Shown here: positions 1 through 8,892 of the stretch, piece after piece
Position numbering within the stretch: the first letter of the stretch is position 1
Layout of the letters: the number at the start of each line of letters is the position of its first letter
Program-made: the position numbers and the translations under genes
DNA from: an uncultured bacterium
GTDB lineage: Bacteria > Cyanobacteriota > Vampirovibrionia > Gastranaerophilales > Gastranaerophilaceae
Assembly (NCBI GenBank): GCA_949282215.1
Contig: CASDPF010000007.1
Coordinates: 13,506-77,505, forward strand
Reading direction: 5' to 3'
Length of the DNA stretch: 64,000 nt
The notes under the pieces: generated by a model
The model's input: only the letters and a program-made list of their open reading frames with translations
The model's database searches: none
What the model was told of the DNA's origin: nothing

Positions 1-415
1 TATTAATAAATATATCAGAAATATTAAAAACAGGGAAATCAATAAATTTTAACTCAAAAAAGTCTCTTACATAACCTAATACAATTCGTTCATGCAAATT
101 TCCTGCAATACCTGCTGTAAGCAATGAAGTAAAAAATATAGACTTCATAGAAATTGACTTCAAATGCTTAATTACATACCCAAAAATAATCACAAGAGCA
201 ACAACTGAAATTATTATAAGGAATTCTCTTGAATCACGCAAAATACTAAACGCCGCACCTGTATTCTTCACATAATTTAATGCAATTATATTACTTGAAA
301 AAGCATACCCTCTAGTAATATTTTTTACCAATAAATCAGAAAGGTAAAGATCTGATATTAAGAAAAATACAAAACATACAATTAAATAAAGAAATTTACT
401 TATCTTGTTCGACAT
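1..415 (-). CDS. lspA: lipoprotein signal peptidase II, N-terminal ~138 codons (3' end lies beyond the window start)
   Basis: Own minus-strand translation from ATG 415..413: MSNKISKFLYLIVCFVFFLISD..VKNTGAAFSIL..TAGIAGNLHERIVLGYVRDFF..FPVFNISDIF. The NxGxAFS, GNxxxR and FPxFNxxD blocks are LspA hallmarks. Not in the ORF track because it is truncated by the window edge. Confidence 0.7.
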   Translation of the reverse strand, partial: MSNKISKFLYLIVCFVFFLISDLYLSDLLVKNITRGYAFSSNIIALNYVKNTGAAFSILRDSREFLIIISVVALVIIFGYVIKHLKSISMKSIFFTSLLTAGIAGNLHERIVLGYVRDFFELKFIDFPVFNISDIFIN

Positions 416-1310
416 CTAATTCCTCGATATTCACAAAATTATTTTTAGGCACAACATTAACTCTTGTAATTATAAAAGCAAGTCCGTTCATATAAACTTT
501 CACAGTTTCATCACTAACTTTTTCAGATTTCGTAATCCCGACAGACGCCACAGCATACTCATTTATATTATCTGTATTGGAAACAAAAACTCTCTCAAGA
601 ATTTGCTCCTCCGGCAACTGTTTAAAAACTTCCTCATCTTTCTTTACCGGCTGTACAATTCGTTCTTTATTTATAGATGCAATTACAATCTGATCTTTTG
701 GCAAATCTACTCTTAATTCAGCAGTATATTCTTCCCCTGCTCCGATTAAAGACGGGGCATTAAGTTCCATTTTCACAAATCTCGCATCACCATACTTTAA
801 GGTTGATTGCTCTTCCAATACATGCTCAGCTGAAATTAGCCATTTTTGATTTATTCTTTTTAGATAATATACGCAAGTGGCTGTTGAATTTAATTCACCA
901 TGTGCAGCAATAAGTTCCGAATCCTCATCATCAGTTGCTACAGCTGCCTCACTGGTTTCGACAACAGCATAATCTCCGTTTATTTTTATATTTTTAATTT
1001 CAGTTTTATAAGTTATATCAGGATATGAATCCCATGTATCTTGAATAAGTTTGAAATATACTTTCTTACTGTATCCGTCATTATCCATATAATTATCTGC
1101 ATATAAACTTGCAAGTTTTTTTAAATCATATTCATTTGTATATTTAGTTTGCAAATCAAATAAAGCTTTTATTTCCTTAATAGCATTCTTTTCAAGCTTA
1201 TTATTTTCTATTCTTAACTTAAAATCGGCAATAGGTCCTGCAAATGAGGGTTCTGCGTAACCAACAAGCAATGCCATAAATATAACTAAAGATAATACAA
1301 CTTTTTTCAT
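396..1310 (-). CDS. exported protein of unknown function (Sec signal peptide)
   Basis: ORF track 396..1325. Start moved to ATG 1310 (MKKVVLSLVIFMALLVGYAEPSFA|G) because the upstream ATG lies in a TATAAT box (1322..1317) 6 nt before ATG 1310. No catalytic motif recognised. Confidence 0.6.
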   Translation of the reverse strand: MKKVVLSLVIFMALLVGYAEPSFAGPIADFKLRIENNKLEKNAIKEIKALFDLQTKYTNEYDLKKLASLYADNYMDNDGYSKKVYFKLIQDTWDSYPDITYKTEIKNIKINGDYAVVETSEAAVATDDEDSELIAAHGELNSTATCVYYLKRINQKWLISAEHVLEEQSTLKYGDARFVKMELNAPSLIGAGEEYTAELRVDLPKDQIVIASINKERIVQPVKKDEEVFKQLPEEQILERVFVSNTDNINEYAVASVGITKSEKVSDETVKVYMNGLAFIITRVNVVPKNNFVNIEELDVEQDK

Positions 1311-1398
1311 AATAAGATTATACATAAAAATCTTGAAAAGACTAATAGTACAAATATAGGATATTAAAAAAGACAGCTAAAATAGCTGTCTTTTTTAA

Positions 1399-2142
1399 TT
1401 ATTTACATTTATTATTTCCATTCCAGGATAATTGTTCCGGACACTTCAAATAATCAAGATTTTCTTTATATATAACCCAAGCAGTGCAACCATAACCATC
1501 ACTACCCGAAGCCTTACAGTCTTCCTCAAATGTTCTTGAGCCAATATCTCCTCCCATAGGTACAATCTTATTCTGATATACAAAGAAATAAAAAACATCC
1601 TTTCCTACTGTATTAGGTTTCTTATCTACACCATTAATATCAACAGCGAAATCCCCGCAGGAAATAGTTTGGGTACAATCTATCCTACTAAACCAACCTC
1701 CAATAAATATCGTACCATCTGCAAGTTTAATCTGAGTAGTTGAATGTTTACCTTCCCGAAGAGCACCCGATAATTCATACTGTTCAGGAATTAAGCAATT
1801 ATTACCTCTGTCATGACAAACTGAAATAGTTTTCATATAAGGAATTAATTTTGACCAAAATAACTCACTGTTATCGTAGACGATATCATCATGAAAACCG
1901 TTTTCATCTCTGTCAGAATTATTGATATTCCCTTCAAACCCCCAATTGTTTATTTCTCCGTTTTCATTTCGAGCCATCAGATAGGCCTGACTAATCGTAC
2001 TGTAGGCTTTCTTTAACTTGTTCACCGTAATTTTATCCTGATGTTTTTGTACAAGAGCAGGCAGTGTCATTGCAGCAACTATTCCGATTATTCCTAAAGT
2101 AACAAGTACTTCAGCTAACGTAAAAGCTTTTTTCTTTCTCAT
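1399..2142 (-). CDS. prepilin-type N-terminal cleavage/methylation domain protein (type IV pilin/pseudopilin-like)
   Basis: N-terminus MRKKKA|FTLAEVLVTLGIIGIVAAMTLPAL matches the class III signal (FTLxE plus hydrophobic helix). An SD GGAGG lies just upstream. Confidence 0.85.
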   Translation of the reverse strand: MRKKKAFTLAEVLVTLGIIGIVAAMTLPALVQKHQDKITVNKLKKAYSTISQAYLMARNENGEINNWGFEGNINNSDRDENGFHDDIVYDNSELFWSKLIPYMKTISVCHDRGNNCLIPEQYELSGALREGKHSTTQIKLADGTIFIGGWFSRIDCTQTISCGDFAVDINGVDKKPNTVGKDVFYFFVYQNKIVPMGGDIGSRTFEEDCKASGSDGYGCTAWVIYKENLDYLKCPEQLSWNGNNKCK

Positions 2143-2278
2143 ATATCCTCCGATTAAATACCATCTTTTATTTTATAAATTTTTGTAACAGAAACCACCG
2201 TGTCAAATGGCACGGCTTGCATCTTAACTTCTTGAGACTTTAATCGGAGATTAGGGTCAAAAAAGCTTGATATACCTT

Positions 2279-2332
2279 TTAGTAGGTAGCCCCCCCCCCC
2301 GAAATCAAAGATATGCAAAGATTTTTCATCAT
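2279..2332 (-). CDS. leader uORF A, 17 codons (MMKNLCISLISGGGATY)
   Basis: GGAGG-N5-ATG. The frame runs through the G11 tract as GGG GGG GGG. The stop and the ISGGGAT[NY] end are shared with uORF B. Confidence 0.45.
   Translation of the reverse strand: MMKNLCISLISGGGATY
2290..2300. repeat. C11/G11 homopolymer inside uORF A
   Basis: Counted directly: 11 consecutive C on the plus strand. Confidence 0.95.
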
Positions 2333-2393
2333 TTTGACCTCCATTTTATATGATATATTTTATCATATTTCTTTCTTAATATCAACATCAAAA

Positions 2394-2422
2394 CAAAGAA
2401 AAACAGCCTACGGATAAGGCTG
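2394..2422 (-). terminator. intrinsic terminator after the GH13 operon
   Basis: Minus strand reads CAGCCU-uauccgu-AGGCUG followed by UUUUUCUUUG. Confidence 0.55.
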
Positions 2423-2455
2423 ACTTTCTTTGTTTATTTAATGTGTGCCAAATTT

Positions 2456-4216
2456 CTAATGCTGTTTATAAACGTTTCTTGTGTAATTTTCTATATATGG
2501 GGTATCTATTTCAAAAACATGAACTCTAGCTGGTCCCAAATCGACTCTTAATTCACCATCAACAGCTTGGAAAATACTTTCTTTACCATAAGATGGCAAC
2601 AAGTTATTGAGTTTTTGAGAAGCTTTTAATGTCGGAATTTTTACTTTACAGGCGATACCTCTATTAACATTTTTGTTCGCCAAAACGAGCAATGTGCGAC
2701 CATTATAATGTCTTGCATAGGCGATGATTTGGTCATTCTTATCGTCAACTTTTTCCAATTCAATAAACGTTCCCTCAGGCCCTACAATATCAGCATAATC
2801 TTTTCTCAGCTGGTTAGCATCCTGTAAGAATGTCCTTATGGATTCATCATCACCGCCAGGTTTTCTTGAAGCATTGAAAATATCCAAACGTCCTCTATGT
2901 ACAGTCATTTCATGACTGTCTGTCTGGGTTTCTGGGTTATACTTATCCCCATAAGGATACAAATAATAATCTCCGTTTTGGAATCCATCAACTTGATACA
3001 TATTCAACATAGGCATTGTAGCCTGCAAACCAGCTGTCATTTTACAATAATCAGCACCGCCATGAAACATTGGAGAAATATCGTCATGAGTTGCAAATGA
3101 ACCTATTAACGATTTACCTCTATCTAATCTGTAAGACATGTCAAGGTTTTCTTTTATATAATCCATAAATGTAGTCGCATTGGCCCATTCATGGAAAATA
3201 TGGTACTGCCCGTATATCGCATCAAATCCTGCTCTTAAAGAATCTTCAGGTCTGTCGTAAGGCATATTTGCCTGAGGAGAAGCATCCTCATAAGTGTAGG
3301 TTTCAGCAAGCCAAGCAAATTCAGGATCTCGCATTCTTGAATAAGGAATGATAATATCCCAAAATTCAACAGGTTTAGCTCTGGCTACATCGGCTCTTAT
3401 ACCGTCTACACCTAAATCAATACACATATCTACAAATTGTTTGTGTAATTCAAGCAGTTTTGGATTAAGAGTTCTTTTGCCCTCATCCTCCCAAGGCTGG
3501 AACATTCTGATATCATTCCAACCTTGCGGAGTCTTTGCTAATCCGTCAGGTTCCACCGCCATCCATTCAGGATGATTTAAAAACATTTCATAAGACGCAC
3601 AACTTGGTAAATCTAACATTACTTTGATGTTACGTTTATGACATTCATCTATAAATTTTTTAAATTGATCTTTAACAGTCCCCGGAGATGAAGGATCGTA
3701 CAATTTTGGATCTATTTCCAATAAATCTTTTGGTGAATACACAGAACCTGCTGTACCCATAGCTTTTACTTTACCCGGAGTACTAATCGGTAAAAGGTGA
3801 AGTGTATTAAAACCGTCTTCCTTTACTTCATCCAATCTGTCTATAGCATTTATAAATGTACCGCCCTGCTCATTTCCGTCAATATATGCATTTTTGTTGG
3901 TATCTTTTGCATTAAATGTTCTTGGAATAATTGCTAACATATTTACTTGATTATGTCTGAACATACTGCGTAAATCATTTCTGTAAATTATTTTTTTTGC
4001 AGGTTCGCTTGATTTAACAGCATTAACATTTTCTATATTCTGCTTTATAATTGGCTTGTTTTTCATCGCCATATTCTGCATATATAAAGACAGCAAATTT
4101 ACCTTTGAAACAGGAGCCTCTGAACTTGACTGCTCTTGAAACTTTGATGAATTAGCCTGAGGCATCATCACAGGTTTATTTATATATTGATTTAATAAAC
4201 TAGTAGACTGTATCAT
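2456..4216 (-). CDS. GH13 alpha-amylase-family enzyme, GlgE-like blocks, with ~90-aa N/Q-rich N-terminal extension
   Basis: Blocks MLDLPSCAS..HPEW, GVDGIRADVARAKPVEFW, AWLAETYTYE and SFATHDD resemble GH13 regions I-IV, and specifically the GlgE RVDNPHTKP..FW / LAEAFT pattern. Confidence 0.65.
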   Translation of the reverse strand: MIQSTSLLNQYINKPVMMPQANSSKFQEQSSSEAPVSKVNLLSLYMQNMAMKNKPIIKQNIENVNAVKSSEPAKKIIYRNDLRSMFRHNQVNMLAIIPRTFNAKDTNKNAYIDGNEQGGTFINAIDRLDEVKEDGFNTLHLLPISTPGKVKAMGTAGSVYSPKDLLEIDPKLYDPSSPGTVKDQFKKFIDECHKRNIKVMLDLPSCASYEMFLNHPEWMAVEPDGLAKTPQGWNDIRMFQPWEDEGKRTLNPKLLELHKQFVDMCIDLGVDGIRADVARAKPVEFWDIIIPYSRMRDPEFAWLAETYTYEDASPQANMPYDRPEDSLRAGFDAIYGQYHIFHEWANATTFMDYIKENLDMSYRLDRGKSLIGSFATHDDISPMFHGGADYCKMTAGLQATMPMLNMYQVDGFQNGDYYLYPYGDKYNPETQTDSHEMTVHRGRLDIFNASRKPGGDDESIRTFLQDANQLRKDYADIVGPEGTFIELEKVDDKNDQIIAYARHYNGRTLLVLANKNVNRGIACKVKIPTLKASQKLNNLLPSYGKESIFQAVDGELRVDLGPARVHVFEIDTPYIENYTRNVYKQH

Positions 4217-4219
4217 ATT

Positions 4220-6811
4220 TTAACCTCTTTGCCCATTTTCCGGCAGTTTCAATCTTCCAAAGAAGAACTGAGACAGGAGTGTAACACCTAATAATGCACC
4301 CCCAATAGTTCCAAAGACTTTCAACCATTTACTTGTATTAAACTTTCTTGCTCCGACTTTTGAGAATAACTCATCAGGGGACATACCTAAAAGAAGAAAT
4401 TTGCGTTCTGATGTAGCTGTTGACCCTTTATTTTCAACAAAATGTTGAAGCTTAGCAAAATAATCAGTATCTCCGATTTCTTTGAATACAGCTTGTCTAT
4501 ATTCTTCTACACCTTTCATATTTGTATCACTGAATACGTTTTTCGTATCGTTATGAAGAGGCTCTTTGTATAAAGTATTCATAACAAGTCTAAAGAAATC
4601 CCAATCACTAGGAATATCAACTTTACCGATTTCAGGATTACTACCCAGATATTTATTTATTACTTTACCTTCTTTAATTTCAACATCACTTAAATCATCC
4701 ATGTTTGGATAAGGATTTCTAAGCATATAGAATTTTGTTTCAAAATCTACCATATGACGATCTACAGCAAGTTGTTTAGCGAATTCAATAACTTCTTCTT
4801 TTATTTCTCTAGGTCGATCCTTTAGACTTTCTATAGATGACGTAGAAACTTTACGATAGAAATTCAAACTGTTAATTAGCCCTTCAAAAGTACTCTTAAT
4901 ACCTAAGAATCTGTCAGATACAAAGCTTTTTTGAACTAATTTCAGACAGCAATCATCAGAATGAACTAAATGTCCATCTCTATTTATTTCAGGGCCTGTT
5001 AAATGCTGTGCAACATTTTCAAAACTAAAAGATTTACCATTTTGCTTAATATTTCTAAGCTCTTTAGAGGCACCATCAAAAGCATTATCTGTTTCTCTTA
5101 TATAATCATTCGGAACATCAGTAGCTTTTACAGTATCATTTAAACTATTTACTTTTTCACAAATAGCTTTTAATACTCGTCTATATTCTTCGTCATTTGA
5201 TGAAATTTTTTCCATTTTATCTCTGAGCAGAGCAGTCATTAACTCTCTATCCATACGGGTATTTTTAATTTCATCCGGAGTAAACTTAAAGATTTCTAAC
5301 AAACTGTCAGCAACATCATTCCAATAGTTTGCAAGACCAGTTTCCGGTGCTGATGCATATTTGATATATGCATATTTATCAAGCACATCAGTTTTAGCCT
5401 TCAAATCAGTCATAACTTTCGCTACATTTCTTATAACGGCTTGAGCATTTGCATCAAGTCTGGCTGCAGGAGTAGATGCTATTACTTTTGAAATAGGAGC
5501 TTCTTCAAACTTCGCACCAACCAAGCTATTCAAAATTATAGGCTTTTCTATCTCATTACGAATTGGAATAGACGGATTTCCATTGTTATATTCTTCAATA
5601 TTACGTCTTACAATTAAAGATATATCATCGAGCAAGTCTTGAGTTTCCAATTTAGTAAAATTTTTACCGGCATAAGCATTGCTTTCAAACAATTGTGTCA
5701 ATTGATCCATACTTGGGACAACTGCATCTATTATTTTTTGATTAAGTTCGGCATTCTGCAATGCTTTGCGTGAATTTTCGATAATTGATTGGGCTGAGGT
5801 TGATGAAAGTGTATATTTTTCAACACCATCTATTTTTAGATTTTTATGCAAATCAGCTTCCATTGCTTCAGTAGCTAATGCATCAAATCCATCCGTTAAA
5901 TTTCTTGCAATATTCTTTATTAAATCGTCCTTAAGAGGCTGATCTTTATTTAATTCAATAATACTTTCTATATTATTAATAATCTTATCACTTCGCATTT
6001 TATTAACAGATTCAGGGATATGATTTAATAAATAATCAGCTTTTTTCATCTGTAAATTATTTAAATACTTATTAACATAAGGCTCTGATACACTACATAT
6101 AAGAGCACTCATAACAGGAGTTGCAAACCCTGCTGTTAACATCCACAAAGTATTATTTTGGACTGCAATTTTTCTCATTTTTTCTTGAATAAAATCACGA
6201 CGATTTTCAATATTTCTAGGAACATTTAATCTATCACCGATTTTATTAATTTCTTTATCTGAATATAAATCCCAAGGTATAAATTGCGGATCCTGATAGA
6301 AATTTTTCTTACGGCCAAAACTATCTTCATATTTCTGAGAAATATTCACGCCGTGAATTAACTGAGCTGGCCATTGAATAGCGACCTTTGGCCATATAGC
6401 CATAGAAGCAAGAAATGAACCTAACCCTATAAATTCCATGGCTTTAGTCTTAGGTGTCTGTTTTAACGTTGCCAAAAATGCTGCCAAACTCAACCCCCCA
6501 ACCGTTAATCCCATATCATTGAGCTTACCCAATTGGTGGTCATTTGCTTTACCCGTATACCCGTCTTTTAAAGCTTTAATATCATAAGCAAAATCTTTAA
6601 CTAATACTGCCGGCATATCTGTAATTCTATTTTTTACAAGATGTCCGCGTCCCGGTAATGGTTTTATAAATGTACGATTTGCCAATTCTCTGTTTATATC
6701 AAAATTTGGTTTAGCTCTTTTTACATTAACTATTTCAACATCCTGAGAATTCGCTTTTGGTTGCGGATTGCGGTTATAATTTTGTATGTATGAATTTATC
6801 ATATTTACCAT
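4220..6811 (-). CDS. large membrane protein of unknown function (863 aa, C-terminal tail anchor)
   Basis: Long ORF 3 nt upstream of the GH13 gene. Hydrophobic segments lie near aa 95-150 and 215-240, and there is a terminal GTIGGALLGVTLLSQFFFG. The N-terminal module is homologous to the adjacent 341-aa protein. Confidence 0.6.
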   Translation of the reverse strand: MVNMINSYIQNYNRNPQPKANSQDVEIVNVKRAKPNFDINRELANRTFIKPLPGRGHLVKNRITDMPAVLVKDFAYDIKALKDGYTGKANDHQLGKLNDMGLTVGGLSLAAFLATLKQTPKTKAMEFIGLGSFLASMAIWPKVAIQWPAQLIHGVNISQKYEDSFGRKKNFYQDPQFIPWDLYSDKEINKIGDRLNVPRNIENRRDFIQEKMRKIAVQNNTLWMLTAGFATPVMSALICSVSEPYVNKYLNNLQMKKADYLLNHIPESVNKMRSDKIINNIESIIELNKDQPLKDDLIKNIARNLTDGFDALATEAMEADLHKNLKIDGVEKYTLSSTSAQSIIENSRKALQNAELNQKIIDAVVPSMDQLTQLFESNAYAGKNFTKLETQDLLDDISLIVRRNIEEYNNGNPSIPIRNEIEKPIILNSLVGAKFEEAPISKVIASTPAARLDANAQAVIRNVAKVMTDLKAKTDVLDKYAYIKYASAPETGLANYWNDVADSLLEIFKFTPDEIKNTRMDRELMTALLRDKMEKISSNDEEYRRVLKAICEKVNSLNDTVKATDVPNDYIRETDNAFDGASKELRNIKQNGKSFSFENVAQHLTGPEINRDGHLVHSDDCCLKLVQKSFVSDRFLGIKSTFEGLINSLNFYRKVSTSSIESLKDRPREIKEEVIEFAKQLAVDRHMVDFETKFYMLRNPYPNMDDLSDVEIKEGKVINKYLGSNPEIGKVDIPSDWDFFRLVMNTLYKEPLHNDTKNVFSDTNMKGVEEYRQAVFKEIGDTDYFAKLQHFVENKGSTATSERKFLLLGMSPDELFSKVGARKFNTSKWLKVFGTIGGALLGVTLLSQFFFGRLKLPENGQRG

Positions 6812-6812
6812 A

Positions 6813-7838
6813 TTAGTTCACCACATACTTTCTTGACTTTTCAATTACATCCGCAGAATCTAATTTTGACGGTTTATTTGAACTTGTCATTACATTAGCT
6901 ACACCAACAATTGTACCTAATACAGCCGCACCTAAAAGTGCTTTCCCTGCATATTTATTCATACAGTTTTTGTCACCTTTATAAAAATCTTTTATACTTT
7001 CACCAAGAGTCTTAACAAACGTTACGGCAGACTTAGTAAACTTTTTACCTTGCCAGAATTTCAAAGTTGCTACATTAAAGAATTTATCCCAACATTCTTG
7101 CATAGCAATACCTACACCTGTTGCAGCCCATAAATAGGAAACTATATTTTTCGCAGTAGCGGATTTTATAATAATTTCTCTTATTCTAGGTTTAGCCTCC
7201 TGATCAGAATCATTCAAATTATTTCCAAGTCCAAGCTTTTTCGCAATTTTATCATAAGGCTCATTACGAGTTTTAGCATTATCATCAGGACCATACATCA
7301 AATCCCATCTAACAAACTCGGTACTTTCAGGAACTTTATGATACTCAATACTTGTAATATCGGTATCATTAACACTTTCAGGCAACTCATATTGGACTTT
7401 CGCATAAGGCTGTTCTGTATCTACACCAGTCATCCATTTTACAGGCTGGGTAATTAATAATTTAGACAGACTTTTGGCAACTGCGTAGAATACAACTCCT
7501 AAAGCCAAACGACGTCCAAGTGAAGATGCAGCTTTTTTATCAAAAGGACTAAATGGCTTATTATAATTGAATATTGCCATTAACATACCGCTACCTACTA
7601 AATATGGAACCATGCCCATTGTTAAAAATTCATAGAAATTGGCATTTTTACTTCCGCTCAAGCCTTTCGCAGGATAAACCGTCATTGCATTTGTAAGCTT
7701 ATCTATACCAATACGCATTCTGTTTGAAAAAGTATTTTTTAAAACAGTATCATGGGTATAAGGAAGCTTATTCTCCTCATTTTGCTCTTTAGCAGAAAAA
7801 TTTAAGCTACTATTTCGATTTGTAATCGGTAAAATCAT
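6813..7838 (-). CDS. membrane protein of unknown function, distant paralog of the N-terminal part of 4220..6811
   Basis: Shared blocks: EFVRWDLMYG vs QFIPWDLYSD, YDKIAKKLGLG vs INKIGDRLNVP, and IREIIIKSATAKNIVSYLWAATGVGIA vs IQEKMRKIAVQNNTLWMLTAGFATP. Confidence 0.55.
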   Translation of the reverse strand: MILPITNRNSSLNFSAKEQNEENKLPYTHDTVLKNTFSNRMRIGIDKLTNAMTVYPAKGLSGSKNANFYEFLTMGMVPYLVGSGMLMAIFNYNKPFSPFDKKAASSLGRRLALGVVFYAVAKSLSKLLITQPVKWMTGVDTEQPYAKVQYELPESVNDTDITSIEYHKVPESTEFVRWDLMYGPDDNAKTRNEPYDKIAKKLGLGNNLNDSDQEAKPRIREIIIKSATAKNIVSYLWAATGVGIAMQECWDKFFNVATLKFWQGKKFTKSAVTFVKTLGESIKDFYKGDKNCMNKYAGKALLGAAVLGTIVGVANVMTSSNKPSKLDSADVIEKSRKYVVN

Positions 7839-8021
7839 TGTTTCTCCACACGCAATAAGTCTGGTATTTTAAGACCCGTCAAAACTTTTTTTTGCCACTT
7901 AGGACTTTTTAGTTTACATTTATTTACATATATTAAAAACTAAATCCTAATAACTAAACTCTAAAAAGCAGATTATTGACATGACAATTCTACTTCAAAA
8001 AAAATTTTTTTCAAGCATTAT

Positions 8022-8867
8022 TTATCTGTATAACGCAAAGAAAACAGCAGTAGCAACACCCATAATTATGCAATAGTAACCGAAAAATGCCAACGAGAAT
8101 TTTGAAATAAATTTCATAAAATATTTTATGCAAAGATATCCTACCACACCTGAAACAGTAGTTCCGGAAAGAATCGCTGCCCAGTTATAACTCACTACCT
8201 CATGAAAATCTAATTTAACAAAAGGATAGACCATAGAAGCACCAAGAATAATCGGTATACTTAACAAAAAAGAATAACGTGCAGATGTAGTTCTATCAAG
8301 ACCTGAAAATAAACCTGTTGCAATAGTCCAACCAGAACGAGAGAACCCTGGTAATGCTGCAATTCCTTGAGCTAATCCTATTAAAACCGAAGTTTTAAAA
8401 TCTACCTGATTTTTACGGGCTTTAACATGCTTTGAAACATACTCACTATAAAGTAATGCAAATCCTGTTATAAAAAGGAGTCCACCAACAATAGAAGGAG
8501 AAAAAACTAACCTTTCAGCAAAATCATGTAAAGGTATTGCAACCAATATAGTAAGAAATGTACCTACAATTATATATAATCCGATTCTCGCATCATCATC
8601 AGTCCACACACGGCTTATCAAAGCATTATAAAATGCTTTGATAATTTTAATTATATCTTTTCTGAAAAAAATTAATACAGCAATCAAAGTACCCAAATGA
8701 ACCATGATATCAAAAAACACCTCTTGCCCTGATTGTTCATGTATCGGGATATTTGCAAATACTTTATAAAAATTTGAGGTAAAAACTAAATGTGCGGAAC
8801 TTGATATGGGCAAGAATTCACTCAAGCCCTGTACAATTCCCATTAAAATTGCCTGTATTAAATTCAT
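8022..8867 (-). CDS. uppP: undecaprenyl-diphosphate phosphatase
   Basis: MNLIQAILMGIVQGLSEFLPISSSAHL is the BacA/UppP signature. The protein is polytopic. Confidence 0.9.
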   Translation of the reverse strand: MNLIQAILMGIVQGLSEFLPISSSAHLVFTSNFYKVFANIPIHEQSGQEVFFDIMVHLGTLIAVLIFFRKDIIKIIKAFYNALISRVWTDDDARIGLYIIVGTFLTILVAIPLHDFAERLVFSPSIVGGLLFITGFALLYSEYVSKHVKARKNQVDFKTSVLIGLAQGIAALPGFSRSGWTIATGLFSGLDRTTSARYSFLLSIPIILGASMVYPFVKLDFHEVVSYNWAAILSGTTVSGVVGYLCIKYFMKFISKFSLAFFGYYCIIMGVATAVFFALYR

Positions 8868-8892
8868 ATTCTCTCTCTATTAACCTAATAAA

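Larger units (their letters stand above)
2143..2385 (-). promoter_or_regulatory. structured leader A of the pilin-like gene: promoter, uORF, hairpin, anti-SD
   Basis: TTGATA-N17-TAAAAT (2385..2357). uORF at 2332..2279. Hairpin CCGUG-N8-CACGG (2215..2198). CUCCGAUUAAA (2249..2239) is perfectly complementary to UUUAAUCGGAG (2158..2148), which covers the SD. A paralogous copy lies at 13207..13448. Confidence 0.6.

Noticed and set aside
2143-2385. c-di-GMP (GEMM-I/II) or another known riboswitch controlling the pilin-like genes, prompted by GUAGGUAGC-like strings next to the homopolymer
   Set aside because: The resemblance is on the wrong strand. The conserved GEMM cores (GCAAA..GACGCAAAGC; ACGCACNGAGC) are absent. 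The SD-led uORF and the anti-SD explain the conservation better.
2897-3575. Short plus-strand ORFs inside the GH13 gene. The many similar 60-130-aa ORFs antisense to long CDSs belong here too, e.g. 10554..10823, 12249..12482, 33715..33984, 35702..36046, 42493..42879, 43168..43518, 52530..52928, 57689..58174, 58799..59143
   Set aside because: They lie entirely within, and antisense or out of frame to, longer ORFs with clear homology. They have low-complexity composition and no SD. They are shadow ORFs typical of AT-rich DNA.
7970-8021. A/T palindrome cttcaaaaaaaatttttttcaag read as a terminator after uppP
   Set aside because: The stem is almost purely A:T and has a mismatch. It cannot be distinguished from background in this AT-rich genome.
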